The notes beneath the pieces are model-generated. The model worked only from the letters and a program-made list of their open reading frames with translations, was not told where the DNA came from and searched no databases. Both the position numbers and the translations under genes were made by a program. Positions 48,500-61,458 of a stretch of DNA of 64,000 bases are shown in pieces; position 1 is the first letter of the stretch; each line of letters starts with the position of its first letter. The stretch comes from Zygnema circumcarinatum SAG 698-1b. Its lineage: Eukaryota > Plantae > Zygnematophyceae. The stretch covers positions 1,392,525 to 1,456,524 of the forward strand of contig CM074816.1 of the NCBI GenBank assembly GCA_037447605.1, read 5' to 3'.

Positions 48500-48870
48500 A
48501 TGGTTGGCAACCATTCGAATGGTTCGGAACCATTGGATCCATTGGTTGGCAACCATTAGAATGGACTGCAACCATTGGCGCGTTCAAGATTAGGTTGTAT
48601 GCGTATTTGGTGGGTTGCCAACGATTGACAACCTTCAATTCAATGATTGGCAACCATTGGTCCAATAGTTCCGATCCAATGGTTGCCAACCATTTCAATG
48701 GTTCGGAACCATGGACCCAATGGCACCAACGGTTGACAACCATTCGAATGATTTCGACCATTGGCGCCGACCGAAACAACCATTCAATCCAATGGTTGCG
48801 AACCATTGGATGTCCAACCATTGCCATCCAATGGTTGTCCAATGGTTGCCGATCCAATGGTTGGACCTGT
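48500..48870. repeat. Array of alternately inverted AACCATT/AATGGTT heptamers
   Basis: For example AACCATT-CG-AATGGTT-CGG-AACCATT at ~48509-48534; more than 15 units. Confidence 0.85.
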
Positions 48871-48894
48871 GCAATATTGCGAGTTGTTGTACAA

Positions 48895-49729
48895 GGATAG
48901 TGTTAAATTCACCCCTTTTTTGGATCGAAACACCCCTTCCCGGCCGGGCAGATTTTAAAAAAGTTCCAAAACGGAAAATGCTTTTTCCACACCTTTTTGG
49001 AATCGGTACACGGCAAATTTTACCCCGTCACCCCATTTTGAATATCTCGTCCCCCTGAAATTTTTTTTTTTTGAGACAAAAAAACATCGGCCTGCCCGAA
49101 TCCGCTCGGAGCGGAAGATCCGTCCGCCACGAGATCGTTCGCGGGCGTGCGTCCTTCACACGCGCGGTGAATCTACGCCTTCAATTCCTTCGCAGATCGC
49201 ACCACGGCAACCGTTAGATCTGCAGCCGGGCTCGGTCCCAACAAATGGCACGCGCCGTCTCAAAAGTGGGTCCGTACAAAAGTCGTTTGTTCGCAACTTC
49301 GAGGAAACTCAAAATTTTGTACATTGCGTCGACCATGCGAGACGGTTGTGACGGGACACGTGGATTCGTGCCATTTGCTGGACCGAGCCCAAGCCTGCAG
49401 GGGGGATCTGAGAGGGAATCGACGGCTGAGATTCACTGCACGTGTGAAGGACGGACACCAGCGAACGATCTCGTGGCGGACGGATCTTCCGCTCCTAGCG
49501 GATCCGGGCAGGCCGATATTTTTTTGTCTCAAAAGAAATTCAGGGGGACGAGATATTCAAAATGGGTTGACGGGTATCATTTTCCTTGTTTTCCAAAAAT
49601 AAAAATCTGCCGTGTACGATTCCAAAAAGGTGTGAAAAAAGCATATTTTTCGATTTTAAACCTTTTCGAAATCTGCCCGTCCGCCAAGGGATGTTTCGAT
49701 CCAAAAAAGGAGTGGATTTAACAATACCC
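48895..49729. mobile_element. 835-bp long-TIR foldback element, same family as 30459-30941
   Basis: Termini GGATAGTGTTAAATTCACCCC / GGAGTGGATTTAACAATACCC; arms pair imperfectly over ~330 bp; no intact TSD. The right flank is homologous to the flank at 31907 onward. Confidence 0.8.
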
Positions 49730-50034
49730 TTCAAAAAATTAAATTATCCTTTTGCGTAGGGCCCACGACAACCCATTTCAGTCGAAAAAATCGCCATCGA
49801 AAAAAAACAAATTCTTTCCTCCACCGTCCGATCGGTCAATCGACGTCAAACCATCGAATCCAACGGCCATGCCCGCCCAATCGACATTGTCCGTACATCC
49901 AAAATTTTCTTTTACCTCCGCAAGCACAAGGGTCAAAGTCAAACCAATTCTAATACCTCCCGCCCTCCGTATTAGCCCCGGCCCGCCCCTCCCTCGGCCA
50001 TTCCCGCGCCCTTCCCCTCCTCTTGGCCCTGGCC

Positions 50035-53000
50035 ATGGCTGCCCGCCTGCCCCCCTCCCGCCCTGCGCGGCCGCCTCCTGCACGCCATGGCCGCCCGCGG
50101 CCCGCCATCGAAACTTTGGGCGCGGGAGGGCCGACGGCAGGCCTGGTTTACGCTCTTTCCTTTCTGGCCCTCCTTGCGCCTCTCGCAGCCGCCCAGGTCT
50201 GGCACCAGAATGTCTCCTTCGGCATGGCCACCAATGCCATGGAAACCTCCGGCTTCGCCTCTCAGGTATGTCTTCCCCGGTCCCTCCCTCCCTCCCNNNN
50301 NNNNNNNNNNNNNNNNNNNNNNNNNNNNNNNNNNNNNNNNNNNNNNNNNNNNNNNNNNNNNNNNNNNNNNNNNNNNNNNNNNNNNNNNNNNNNNNNATTG
50401 TTTGTAGACTTACTGTGTTCCAGTTTTGACGTTGTTGTACTCTTTTGGTTTCTATGTGGTGCATTTCCGTTGTCCGTTGTCAGGCTGTGCGGCGGCGACC
50501 AACGATCACAGTTCCAGTTCACTTTACCACTTTATTGAATGGCGCTATCCGCAGGATTTTCATCAGATTGATCACTTTTACATGCAGGTAAGCGTGGAAC
50601 GGACATTCCGTCAAATGAAACAGTTATTCCGTAAAGCACAAACACATCATCATCATCATTCTTTTCACAACACATCTCTGAGCATAGCCTTACAACTTCA
50701 CACACCTCGCCTGAGTAGAATCAGTACGGTCCCAAAAGCCAAAGATGCTGAATTGCAGAAACGGAACTGAGCAAGCCCAGAGGTAAACTCTTCAGTGGCA
50801 GGAATCTTAAATGAGTAAACCTTGTTGACGACCTGCACCTTGCCCTCGACCCCTCCCCCTCCCCCTCCTCCCTCATCCCCCCTCCCCCTCCTCATCCCCC
50901 CTCTCCCTCATCCCCCCTCCCCCTCCCCCTTCCACCCCCCTCCCTCATCCCCCCTCCCCCTCCGCCTCCCCCCCCTCCCCTCCCCTTATTCCCCCTCCCT
51001 CATCCCCCTCCCCCTCCCCCCCTCCCCCTCCCCCCTCCCCCCTCCCCCCTCCCCCCTCCCCACCCCCTCCCCCCTCCCCTCCCCCCTCCCCTCCCCTCCC
51101 CCTCCCCCTCCCCTCCCCCCTCCCCCCCTCCCCCTCCCCTCCCCCCCTCCCCTCCCCCCTCCCCCTCCCCCTCCCCTCCCCCCCTCCCCTCCCCCCCCCT
51201 CCCCTCCCCCCTCCCCTCCCCCCTCCCCTCCCCCCCTCCCCCCCTCCCCCCCCCTCCCCCCCTCCCCCCCTCCCCCCCTCCCCCTCCCCCCTCCCCCCCT
51301 CCCCCCTCCCCCCTCCCCCTCCCCTCCCCCCTCCCCCTCCCCCCTCCCCCTCCCCCTCCCCTCCCACCTCCCCCTCCCCCCTCCCCCCCTCCCCCCCTCC
51401 CCCCCTCCCCCTCCCCTCCCCTCACCCTCCCCTCTCTCTCTCCTTGCAGGTCGACTCTATTGACAGAGTTAGTCAGTCCGTGGCCTCTCCCTCCCTCTCG
51501 GGGCCTATCCACAGCACCTCGAGTATGACTTTTGGATATGGACCCTCGTCTTCAGATGGGGGCCATTTGAATACAATTTGTGAAGAGAGAGAGGCGAGAG
51601 AGGGTGAGCAAGACGACGAGGCCTTCCTCCCGCGAGGAAACGTAAAGAAGGGCTGCTTTCCGTCCAATTTCTGGCTGCTTCCACAGCCGTTCCGTAAAAC
51701 TGTGAGTAAACTGAACGGCACAGGGAAACCCGGGCCTGATGGAGAGGCAACGGGGAGGGTTGCCTTCCTTCTTGACGTGACCCTAGACAGGTGGAGGTGC
51801 GTGTATCCTGAAAAAAAAGTTTAAAGTTTTAATTTAATAAAAGGGCACTTGGGGTTTTTTGAAATGTCTTCGAAATTGTCTTTCTTTCCTTTCTATTTCT
51901 TTTTCCTTTCCCTGTTGATGTTTTCACTGTTTCTGTTTTGGGTTGCAGCCCGTCAAGTTCGATTGTCTTCGAGGGACATTACGACAAAGAGTTTGGTATT
52001 TTCTGCGGAATGGGATGTTTCCAGGCGAAACAATTTGGAAATGTAATTTTTCGCCCTTCCCAGATTTTTAAACATATTTTTTTGTACTGAATATTGAACA
52101 CTTCCTGGGACTTGTCAGTACAACGAAAATCAGTGGTACTGCATCACAAAATATTTTACACTCTTTTATTATATATATATATCTATTTAATTTTGCCATC
52201 GTATTTTTATTTATTTTTAGGAGCGGCTGGTTGCGAGTACCGAGGCCTTTCCCCAAAGGGAGCAAATAAATGAAATCGAAACAAATCCCGACTGCAAAGT
52301 TCGCTTGACGATAATTTTTCCTCGGTATCTGCCCTGGCCGTTTATTTACGTCCGCCCGCCGCTTCGGGCAGAGGTCGAAAGTTTGCGAAATCCCGAAGAT
52401 CCGCTCTACTTCAAACCCATCAGCTTCAGCCAAAAAAATTTCATGACAGGTAACGGGTCCCTTTCCCTTTTTTTTTTTTTAGTCTAAATTTTTTTTCTGC
52501 CCTGCCCAAGAGGCTGCAGATTCCAAGGTGGTGGTTTGGTTTTTGGGCAAATGCACCTGTGGGTACATGTACGGAGGACAGAATTCCGCTACACGGAAAC
52601 AGACGGATACGGAAACTGATGGTGCATATGGAAGGGTCAGTTTCAGGCTAAGCTTGGGTGCTTAACTGTGTGCAGCTGAGGAGGCTGAAAGCGTCCACCA
52701 ACGCTCTGAAGCCAAACTTTTGGGCGGAATTGTTCTCGGCTCCTTCATGGTGGTCTGCTTTGCTCTGCAAATCAGGTTCAACCCTAAACCCGAATCCCCT
52801 TCACCCCAAAATTTTAAACTCCAAACTCTCGAAAGGATCCAAAAAAACATTCGGTCTTCCTCTTTTTTTAGGGTTTTTAGGGTTTTTAGGGTTTTTAAAC
52901 TTTGGCAGCACTTGGATTCGGAAAGATCAAAGCATCTGACGTTTCACACCCTGGAAACCTTCAAACCCTAATCTTCAACAACATTGTGCAGATATCTGAG

Positions 53001-53877
53001 GAAGAAGGAAGAAGAAGTCGGAAGCATGTCTCTCCTCACTCCTCTCTCCTACTGCATCGGAGCCTCTCTCTCTGCCCTCTCCTTCATCCTCGATGATACT
53101 TTCCGCGACTTAGGGTCCAATGTATGGAACCAATACAGCCCATTTTCTGTTGCGATACGTCATCCAGTTCAAGCACTATTTATGGTCGTTGTATTTTTAT
53201 CGGGATACCTCTCATATCTAATCATCTCAGTGCGCAAGAAAAGGGGGCTCTCTTGGACCGGCCTCAAAAGGGACAGTGCGAGAGGAGAGATGGAGCTCTC
53301 GCTGCTTGAAGAAGAGGGGGAAGCCTCCGTCCTCCCTTCCTTCCGAAAGCAAACCCTAACGGAGGCACATGTGCCCTCTCCGTCGCAGTTCTGGGGACCC
53401 CAACGGAGCCACATATTCTGCCTTCCCATTTACATAATCGTTTTTTTAATTTCCCTTGGAACCCTCCTCCAATGGTATCCCCTCGACTTCATAAACTTAC
53501 TTGAGCAAAGAAACGAGGTTATGAAAATGGCTCCGGAAGCGACCATGGTTTATCCTTTAATTGATGAATATAGTAACGGAACCAGTTACGCTGTTCCGTT
53601 GTACCAAACGGGAGTTGTGATCGGAACGTTCGGCAGCTTCTTGCAAGACCTCTTCCTCCTCCCGCAGGTCTTCCACGTGGCGGTCTCTCATTCGTCCTCG
53701 GCCCCGCCCCTCCACCGCATGTTCGCGTACGGCCTCTCTTTGGCGCGTTGCGGAGCGCACCTCCTTGAACCCTTCGGCGCGCCGCCGATGGCGGTGGCAG
53801 GGGTTGTGCTTTTGGCGGTGTACCACTTCATGTTGACGGACTACATGAGGATCAAGAGGCTGATGAAGGGGTGGTAG
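50035..53877 (+). CDS. DUF2921-family membrane protein, copy 2 (several exons hidden by the 100-N gap at 50297-50396)
   Basis: Exon 1 50035-50265 (231 nt, as in copy 1). Terminal exon 52992-53877 is open and the same length as in copy 1. Intervening exons are colinear with copy 1. Confidence 0.7.
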
Positions 53878-55292
53878 TGTGAACACGCAAGTGGCTTTGT
53901 TGTGCTTTTGGTCGTTCTATCAGGTCGGGGTGTTCGCATGCAGTGAGGTTGTAAGGGTTTGAGGAGGGTTAGGGTTGTTGGGGTGTGAGATATATATATA
54001 TATATATATGCAGAGTTGGAGCCTTCACAAACGAGGAAACAGATTGTCTTTGGAAGGATGTTGTATTTTGGAAGGTGGGTCACCTGTAACTTATCAAAAG
54101 GGAAACAAGGAAAACGGGGGGAAGGAGGAGAGTGTTTTTGTACAGCGGAAAGTTAAAAAGTTGTTTTTGTGGAGGAAGGTGAACGGATTGGGATTTGTCT
54201 TGCAATGGCGATGCGCCATCAAATGAATGGATAACATTGGGTTTTAAGAAAGTACAATTTTCTCGCCATCTGTCTCAGCCATGTTTGAAGCGACACACTC
54301 CAGATGCACACAACAGATGAACTAAGATAAGAGGAAATGTGTAGAGAAAGCCCCACGGGCCCAAAACTCTTCTTTTCTTTGCTAAAATAGTACAACAGAT
54401 GTATGGAGTGCCACGCTGCCTAATCTGTCTACACTATCCTGCCTTTTCTCCTTGTCCCACTAGCAGCACACCTCTGACTTCTCAACGCCCCAGCTCGCTA
54501 CACACGCTACTTCGTGTGAGTATGGAGGTTGATTGCTGCTCAGCTCTACTGACAGCTATGTAGGCCTGGCAGCGCGTGACCTTTGTCACGCCTACCGGCT
54601 TGCAAGGGCCAGACCGTAGGCCGTGCCCCTTCGCCGTCTCCAGTCCCCTCCTCCGGCCCTTAGCCGTTTCCGGCTGCCGTCTGGGCCTCGGCCGCGAAGC
54701 CAATCGTCCCGCGTCCGTACAAACGTCGCATTGCGTTTCGTCACGTCACGATCCCAGAACTTGTCACGTCCCGTGCTGTCGTGAGTCTCGTGACCAGCCT
54801 TGTCGAACGTGACATGCCGTACAACAAGGAGGGGAGGGAAGGGGAGGGGTTATCCCGACATTTCCAAATTGTTGGGGAGGGAGGGGGGGATAGCCGGAGG
54901 GGAGGGAGGGAGGGAGGGAGGCCGGATTTCAAAAATTTTTTTTGGCGGGATAACCAATAGGGAGGGGGGATATATCATTTTCCATTTTAAAAAAATGAAA
55001 AATCTTTTTGCGTAGAACCCACTACAACCCATTTCAGCCAAGAAAATCACCATCGAAAGAAACAAAATCTATCCTCCACCGTCGATCGGTCAGTGAAAGT
55101 CAAACCATCAAATCCAACGACCATATTCACCCAATCGACATAGTCAGTACATCCAAAATTTCTTTTACCTCCGCAAACAAAAAGGGTCAAAGTCAGACTA
55201 TTTTTACTCCTGTCCTTACCGCCCTCCATATTCACCCGCGGCCCGCCCCTCCCTCCGCCGTCCCCGCGCCCTTCCCACCCTCGCTCGCGGCC

Positions 55293-58200
55293 ATGGCCGC
55301 CCGCTTGCCCCCGCCTCGCCCTGCGCGGCAGCCTCCCGCGCGCCACGGCCGCCCGCGGCTCGTAATCGAAATTTTTGCCGCGGGAGGGCTGACGGCAGGC
55401 CTGGTTTACGCCATTTCCTTTCTGGCCCTCCTCGCGCCACCCGCAGCCGCCCAGGTCTGGCACCAGGACGCCTCCTTCGCCATGGCCACCGATGCCATGG
55501 AAACCTCCGGCTTCAGCTCTCAGGTCTCCCTCCCTCCCTCCCTCCCTCCCTCCCTCCCTCATTCCCTCCCCTCCCTCCCTCCCTCCCTCCTCCTCCTCCT
55601 CCCTCCCTCCCTCCCTCCCTCCCTCCCTCCCTCCCTCCCTCCTCCCTCCTCCCTCCCTCTCCCTCCCTCCTCCCACCCCTCCCCTCCCTCCCTCCCTCCC
55701 TCCCTCCCTCCCTCCCTCCCTCCCTCCCTCCCTCCCTCCCTCCCTCCCTCCTCCCTCCCTCCTCCCTCCCTCCCTCCCTCCCTCCCTCCCTCCCTCCCTC
55801 CTCCCCCCTCCCCTCCCTCCCTCCCTCCCTCCCTCCCTCCCTCCCTCCCTCCCTCCCTCCTCCTCCCTCCCTCCCTCCCTCCCTCCCTCCCTCCCTCCCT
55901 CCCTCCTCCCTCCCTCCCTCCCTCCATCCCTCCCTCCTTCCTCCCTCCCTCCCTCCCTCCCTCCCTCCCTCCATCCCTCCCCTCCCTCCCTTCCCTCCCC
56001 CCTCCCCCACTCTCCCTGCTGGCCCATTTTCCACCTTCATTCCTCACCCTACGTCTAACCCTTTTCTCTGTCTCCTGCTTAAATTATTTTTCAGGTCGTC
56101 TCCCCCCTTGACCCGGAGCGCGTGCTGGCCCTGTGCCTGCCCTCCCTCCCTCCCTCCCTCGCCCAACAGCCTCTCCTCAGCGATTTCGCCTCCCTCGAGT
56201 GGCCCGACTCCTCCTCCCCCTCCCCCTACCCGGCGGGCGGCTACTTCGAGCCTCACAAGGAGTCCGCTTTCGGCACAGTCTGCCCCGACGGCAAAACGTG
56301 CGTTGAAGGGAACAGGAACCATTACTGGAACGGGGACAAAATGGAACCGTTGAATGGACGCAGTCGACTTCCTTTCAATGGAACTATTTTTTCCTTGGAC
56401 GGCGGAGCAAGGACGTGGGGTGGATCCAGTCGGAGTGGAATCTGGGAGGGGGAGGAGAGGAGGGGCTGTGGGCGCTGCTTGAGGGAGAGAGAGGGAGAGG
56501 GGGACAGGGAGGGAGCGCGAGTGAGGGACTGGAGGCGGAGCGGATGATGTCGGACATGGTGAGGGGGAGCAGGGATTCTAGGGTTCCATCGGTTTAGGTT
56601 TATTTCTAATTTCTAAAGGTTTTCGGGAGTGGGAGGTTTCGGAACTTTAGGTCTGTTTGAGAATTCTAGGGTTTGAGGGTCGGCAGGTGTTAACGTTGTC
56701 GAAGTTTCTGAAAAGTTGTGCGCTTTTCCGGATTTTAGAGTTATTGTACTTCGTGGGAGCCCGTTTAGAACCTTTTGGAAATTGGGCCGTGCAGGTTCTT
56801 TGCAGTTTATGCGTTTGGGGGTCTTGCAATATTTATGTTTTTCAGTGTCGACGTGTTGCAGGGCTTCAGGGTTACATCCACATTTAGGGTTCTCGAAATT
56901 TGGTCATTGTCTTTGTCAAATTTGGTCAAAATCAGGTCAGACTTCGTCTCTTTTGTTTTTCCTTTCTTGGTTAATCTGACATTTTCTTCCTTCCTCCTTC
57001 GCTGTCCTTTTCTTTGTGAAGTCATTTCGGTATGCCCTCTCGATAAAGTCACTCGGCCTCCTATACCGAGTTCCCGAAGGAGACGGTTCGTATCTGGAAT
57101 CGTGCCACGTGGGCTGCCGTACAACCCCCCCCCCGCCCTGCCCCAGCTGCCGCGGCGGGGACCTTCCGTTAACCGTTGGGGCTGACGGACTGCAGCAAAC
57201 GGAAGATCGATGTCCGTTACAGTTCAAGCTTCGCTATGATCTGGTACATCCTTGTTCAGAATTTTCAAATTTTCCACTAAATGTCGCATACCTTGAAGCA
57301 AAAAAAAGAATCTTCTGAAAGGGTACAAATGGGGTGTAAGTCATCCATTCTGGCTGTAGGTTGAGTTTCTATGTCTGAGTCTATATAACACACTAGAAAT
57401 CCCGAATTTCAAACCTCTTAAAAACGTCGTATAATGTTAATCCTAAATCTGAAACTTTGGAAACCATATTCCGCCAAAGTTTTGCTATCAAAATTTCTCA
57501 AAGTCTGGAAGGCCTACAGACTGTACCTTTCTTTATAAACTTTGAAGACTCAAAAACTCTAAAAAGGAAACTCCAGGTTTCCGAGTGTTTTCCTTCAAAT
57601 AACTAGGGTTACTTGTACTCCAATTTCGCTCCTTGCCCTTTCGTCATTTGTGCTATTTTCAGATGCAAAGAAGTGCAAGTTCCGCCCCTTTATTTTCGGC
57701 AAGTAATTGGACCGGGCAGCTAACAGTAAAAACTTCATCTGGCGAAAAAAAATTTAAGTGAGNNNNNNNNNNGGCAAGTAATTGGACCGGGCAGCTAACA
57801 GTAAAAACTTCATCTGGCGAAAAAAAATTTAAGTGAGATCATCTGAACTGAAGTTTTTTAGTGGGTCAACTCTTTTTCTATTCGGTATACATTAACGCAA
57901 TTTCTTTGGTTTAAAATTTGATTTGTTCCGACGACGGGGTAGATACATGCGATTTAGTTACTGTTCCGTTAAGTGCTGAGTTGGATCTCTACTTTTGAAT
58001 ATTGCTATGCTTCACAGAACGGAGTATGTGTCTACTTTATTTCTTCATGACTTTATAACCACTTGACATTAGAACAGCTAACTTTATATCAGTTAACTTT
58101 ATTAACAATGTTCCTTTAACGGAGTTGTTTGTGCCTCTTTTCTCATTTTCTTTTTTGGTTTTGAAATTTTGGCAGCATGAAAGCTTTCAATAGGGAAACT

Positions 58201-61200
58201 GCGGAATATGTCTTTACTTTCGACGAGGAGCTGAAGTACAGTGAGCGTCTGATCCCCCCACTTCCACAGAGCGAGGGAAGGAAAGGGTGAGAGAGTGGGA
58301 GAGAGAGAGAGGGGGTAAGAAAGGGAGAAAGGGAGAGAGAGATAGAGGAAGGGAGAGGGGGAGGGAGGAGGGAGTAGAAAGGAGGATGAGACATTGTTTT
58401 GCAGATTTACTGTGTTTCAATTTTGACGTTGTTGTACTCTTTTGGTTTCTATGTGGTGCATTTCCGTTGTCCGTTGTCAGGCTGTGCGGCGGCGACCAAC
58501 GATCACAGTTCTAGTTCGCTTTACAACTTTATGAAATGGCTCTATCCGCAGGATTTTCATCAGATAAATGGCATTTACATGCAGGTCAGCGTGGAATGGA
58601 CACTCCGTCAAATGAAACAGTCATTCCGTAAAGACAAACACATCATCATCATCATCATTCTTTTCACAACACATCTCTGAGCATAGCCTTACAACTTCAC
58701 ACACCTCGCCTGAGTAGAATCAGTACGGTCCCGAAAGCCAAAGATGCTGAATTGCAGAAACGGAACTGAGCAAGCCCAGAGGTTAACTCTTCAGCGGCAG
58801 GAATCTTAAATGAGTAAACCTTGTTGACGACCTGCACCTTGCCCTCGACCCCTCCCCTCCCCCCTCCCCCTCCCCCTCCCCCTCCCCTCCCTCCCTCCCC
58901 CCTCCCCCTCCCCCTCCCCTCCCCCCTCCCCCTCCCCCTCCCCCTCCCCCTCCCCCTCCCCCTCCCCCCTCCCCCTCCCCCTCCCCCTCCCCCTCCCCCT
59001 CCCCTCCCCCTCCACCTCCCTCCCTCACCCTCCCTCTCTCTCCTTGCAGGTCGACTCTATTGACAGTGTCAGTCAGTCCGTGGCCTCTCCCTCCCTCTCG
59101 GAGCCTGCGACTTCCGGCATCCACAGCGGCTCGAGTATGAATTTTGGATATGGACCCTCGTCTTTAGATGGGGGCGATTTGAATATAATTTGTGAAGAGA
59201 GTGATGTGAGAGAGGGTGAGGGAGAGGGAGAGGCCTTCCTCCCGCGCGGAAACGTAAAGAAGGGCTGCTTTCCGTCCAATTTCTGGCTGTTTCCGCAGCC
59301 GTTCCGTAAAACTGTGAGCAAACTGAACGACACAGGGAAACCCGGGCCTGAAGGAGAGGCAACGGGGAGGGTTGCCGTCGTTCTTGACGTGTCCGTAGGC
59401 GAGAGGAGGTGCGCGTATGGGAGGAGGAGGGGGGGAGGGGTTCGTTAAAAGGTTGAAAATGTGCAATTGGGACTTTTTGAAATGTCTTCGAAGTTGTCTT
59501 TCTTTCCTTTCTATTTATTTTTGTTTTCTCTGTTGATGTTGTAACTGTTTTTTTTTTGCTGCAGCCAATTTTCAAGTTCGATTGCCTTTGAGGGACATTA
59601 CGACAAAGAGTTTGGTATTTTCTGCGGAATGGGTTGTTTCCAGGCGAAACAATTTGGATATGTAATTTTTCGCCCTTCCCAGATTTTTGAACATATTTTT
59701 TTTGTACTGAATATTGAACATTTCCTGGCACTTATCAGTACAAGGAAAATCAGTGGTACTGCATCAAAAAATATTTTACACTCGTTTTTTATATATAAAT
59801 ATATATATTTAATTTTTTCATCGTATTTTTATTTATTTTTAGGAGCAGCTGAATTCGAGTACCGAGGCCTTTCCCCAAACAGAGAAAATAAATGAAATCG
59901 AAACAAATCCCGACTGCAAAGTTCGCGTGACGATAATTTTTCCGCGGCACCTGCCCTGGCCGTTTATTTACCTCCGCCCGCCGCTTCGGGCAGATGTCGA
60001 AAGTTTGCGAAATCCCGACGATCCGCTCTACTTCAAACCCATCAGCCTCCGCCAAAAACATTTCATGACAGGTAACGGGTGCCCTTCCCTTTTTTTTGGT
60101 CTAAATTTATTTTTTTTGCCCTGCCCAAGAGGCTGCAGATTCCAGGGGGGTCGAAAGGTGGGCAAATGCACCTTTGTGTACATGTACGGAGGACAGAATT
60201 CCGCTACACGGAAACAAAACGGCAACGGAAACTGATGGTGCACATGGAAGGGCCAGTTTCAGGCTAAGCTTGGGTGCTTAACTGTGTGCAGCTGAGGAGG
60301 CTGAAAGCGTCCACCAACGCTCTGAAGCCAAACTTTTGGGCGGAATTGTTCTCGGCTCCTTCATGGTGGTTTGCTTTGCTTTGCAAATCAGGTTCAACCC
60401 TAAACCCGAATCCCCTTCACCCTAAAATTTTAAACTCCAAACTCTCCAAAAGACCCAAAAATTCACTTGGTCTTCCTCTTGGACTTTGGCAGCACTTGGA
60501 TTCGAAAAGTTCAAAGCATCTGAAGTTCTCACACCCCTGGAAACCTTCAAACCCTAATCCGGATCAACATTGTGCAGATATCTGAGGAAGAAGGAAGAAG
60601 AAGTCGGAAGCATGTCTCTCCTCACTCCTCTCTCCTACTGCATCGGAGCCTCTCTCTCTGCCCTCTCCTTCATCCTCGATGATACTTCCCGCGGCTTAGG
60701 GTCCTATGTATGGAATCGATATAGCCCATTTTCTATTGCGATACCTCATCCAGTTCAAGCACTATTTATGGTCGTTGTATTTTTATCGGGATACCTCTCA
60801 TATCTAATCATCTCAGTGCGCAAGAAAAGGGGGCTCTCTTGGACCGGCCTCAAAAGGGACAGTGCGAGAGGAGAGATGGAGCTCTCGCTGCTTGAAGAAG
60901 AGGGGGAAGCCTCCGTCCTCCCTTCCTTCCGAAAGCAAACCCTAACGGAGGCACATGTGCCCTCTCCGTCGCAGTTCTGGGACCCCAACGGAGCCACATT
61001 CTCTGCCTTCCCATTTACATAGTCGTTTTTTTTATTTCCCTATCAACCCTCCTCCAATGGTATCCCCTCGACTTCTTTAACTCACGCGAGGGGAGAGGGA
61101 AGTTGGTCGACTTCTTTAACTCACGCGAGGGGAGACTGAAGTTGGTGACTGCTAACGGAGCCAGTTACGCTGTTCCGTTGTACCTAACGGGAGTTGTGAT

Positions 61201-61458
61201 CGGAACGTTCGGCAGTTTCCTGCAGGACCTCTTCCTCCTCCCGCAGGTCTTCCACGTGGCGGTCTCTGATTCGTCCTCGTCCTCAACCCTCCACCGTGTG
61301 TTTGCGTACGGCCTCTCTTTGGCGCGTTGCGGAGAGCGCACCTCCTTGAACCCTTCGGCGCGCCGCCAATGGCGGTGGCAGGGGTTGTGCTTTTGGCGGT
61401 GTACTACTTCATGTTGACGGACTACATGAGGTTCAAGAGACTGATGAAGGGGTGGTAG
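55293..61458 (+). pseudogene. DUF2921-family gene, copy 3, apparently frameshifted
   Basis: Exon 1 55293-55523; exon 2 visible from ~56095 (VVSPLDPERVLALCL...). Relative to copy 1 there is a net 10-nt deletion near 57690, one G missing near 60980 and a 2-nt insertion near 61332. Assembly error cannot be excluded. Confidence 0.6.

Noticed and set aside
50822-56058. Long Pro-rich, Gly/Arg-rich or extensin-like ORFs (also at 1098-1904, 15744-16515, 28491-29150, 63273-63961)
   Set aside because: Produced by C/T or G/A low-complexity tracts open in several frames at once; mostly intronic.
44588-61458. Functional metabolic cluster linking GDPD with the DUF2921 genes
   Set aside because: No known biochemical connection; the position is explained by duplication history.
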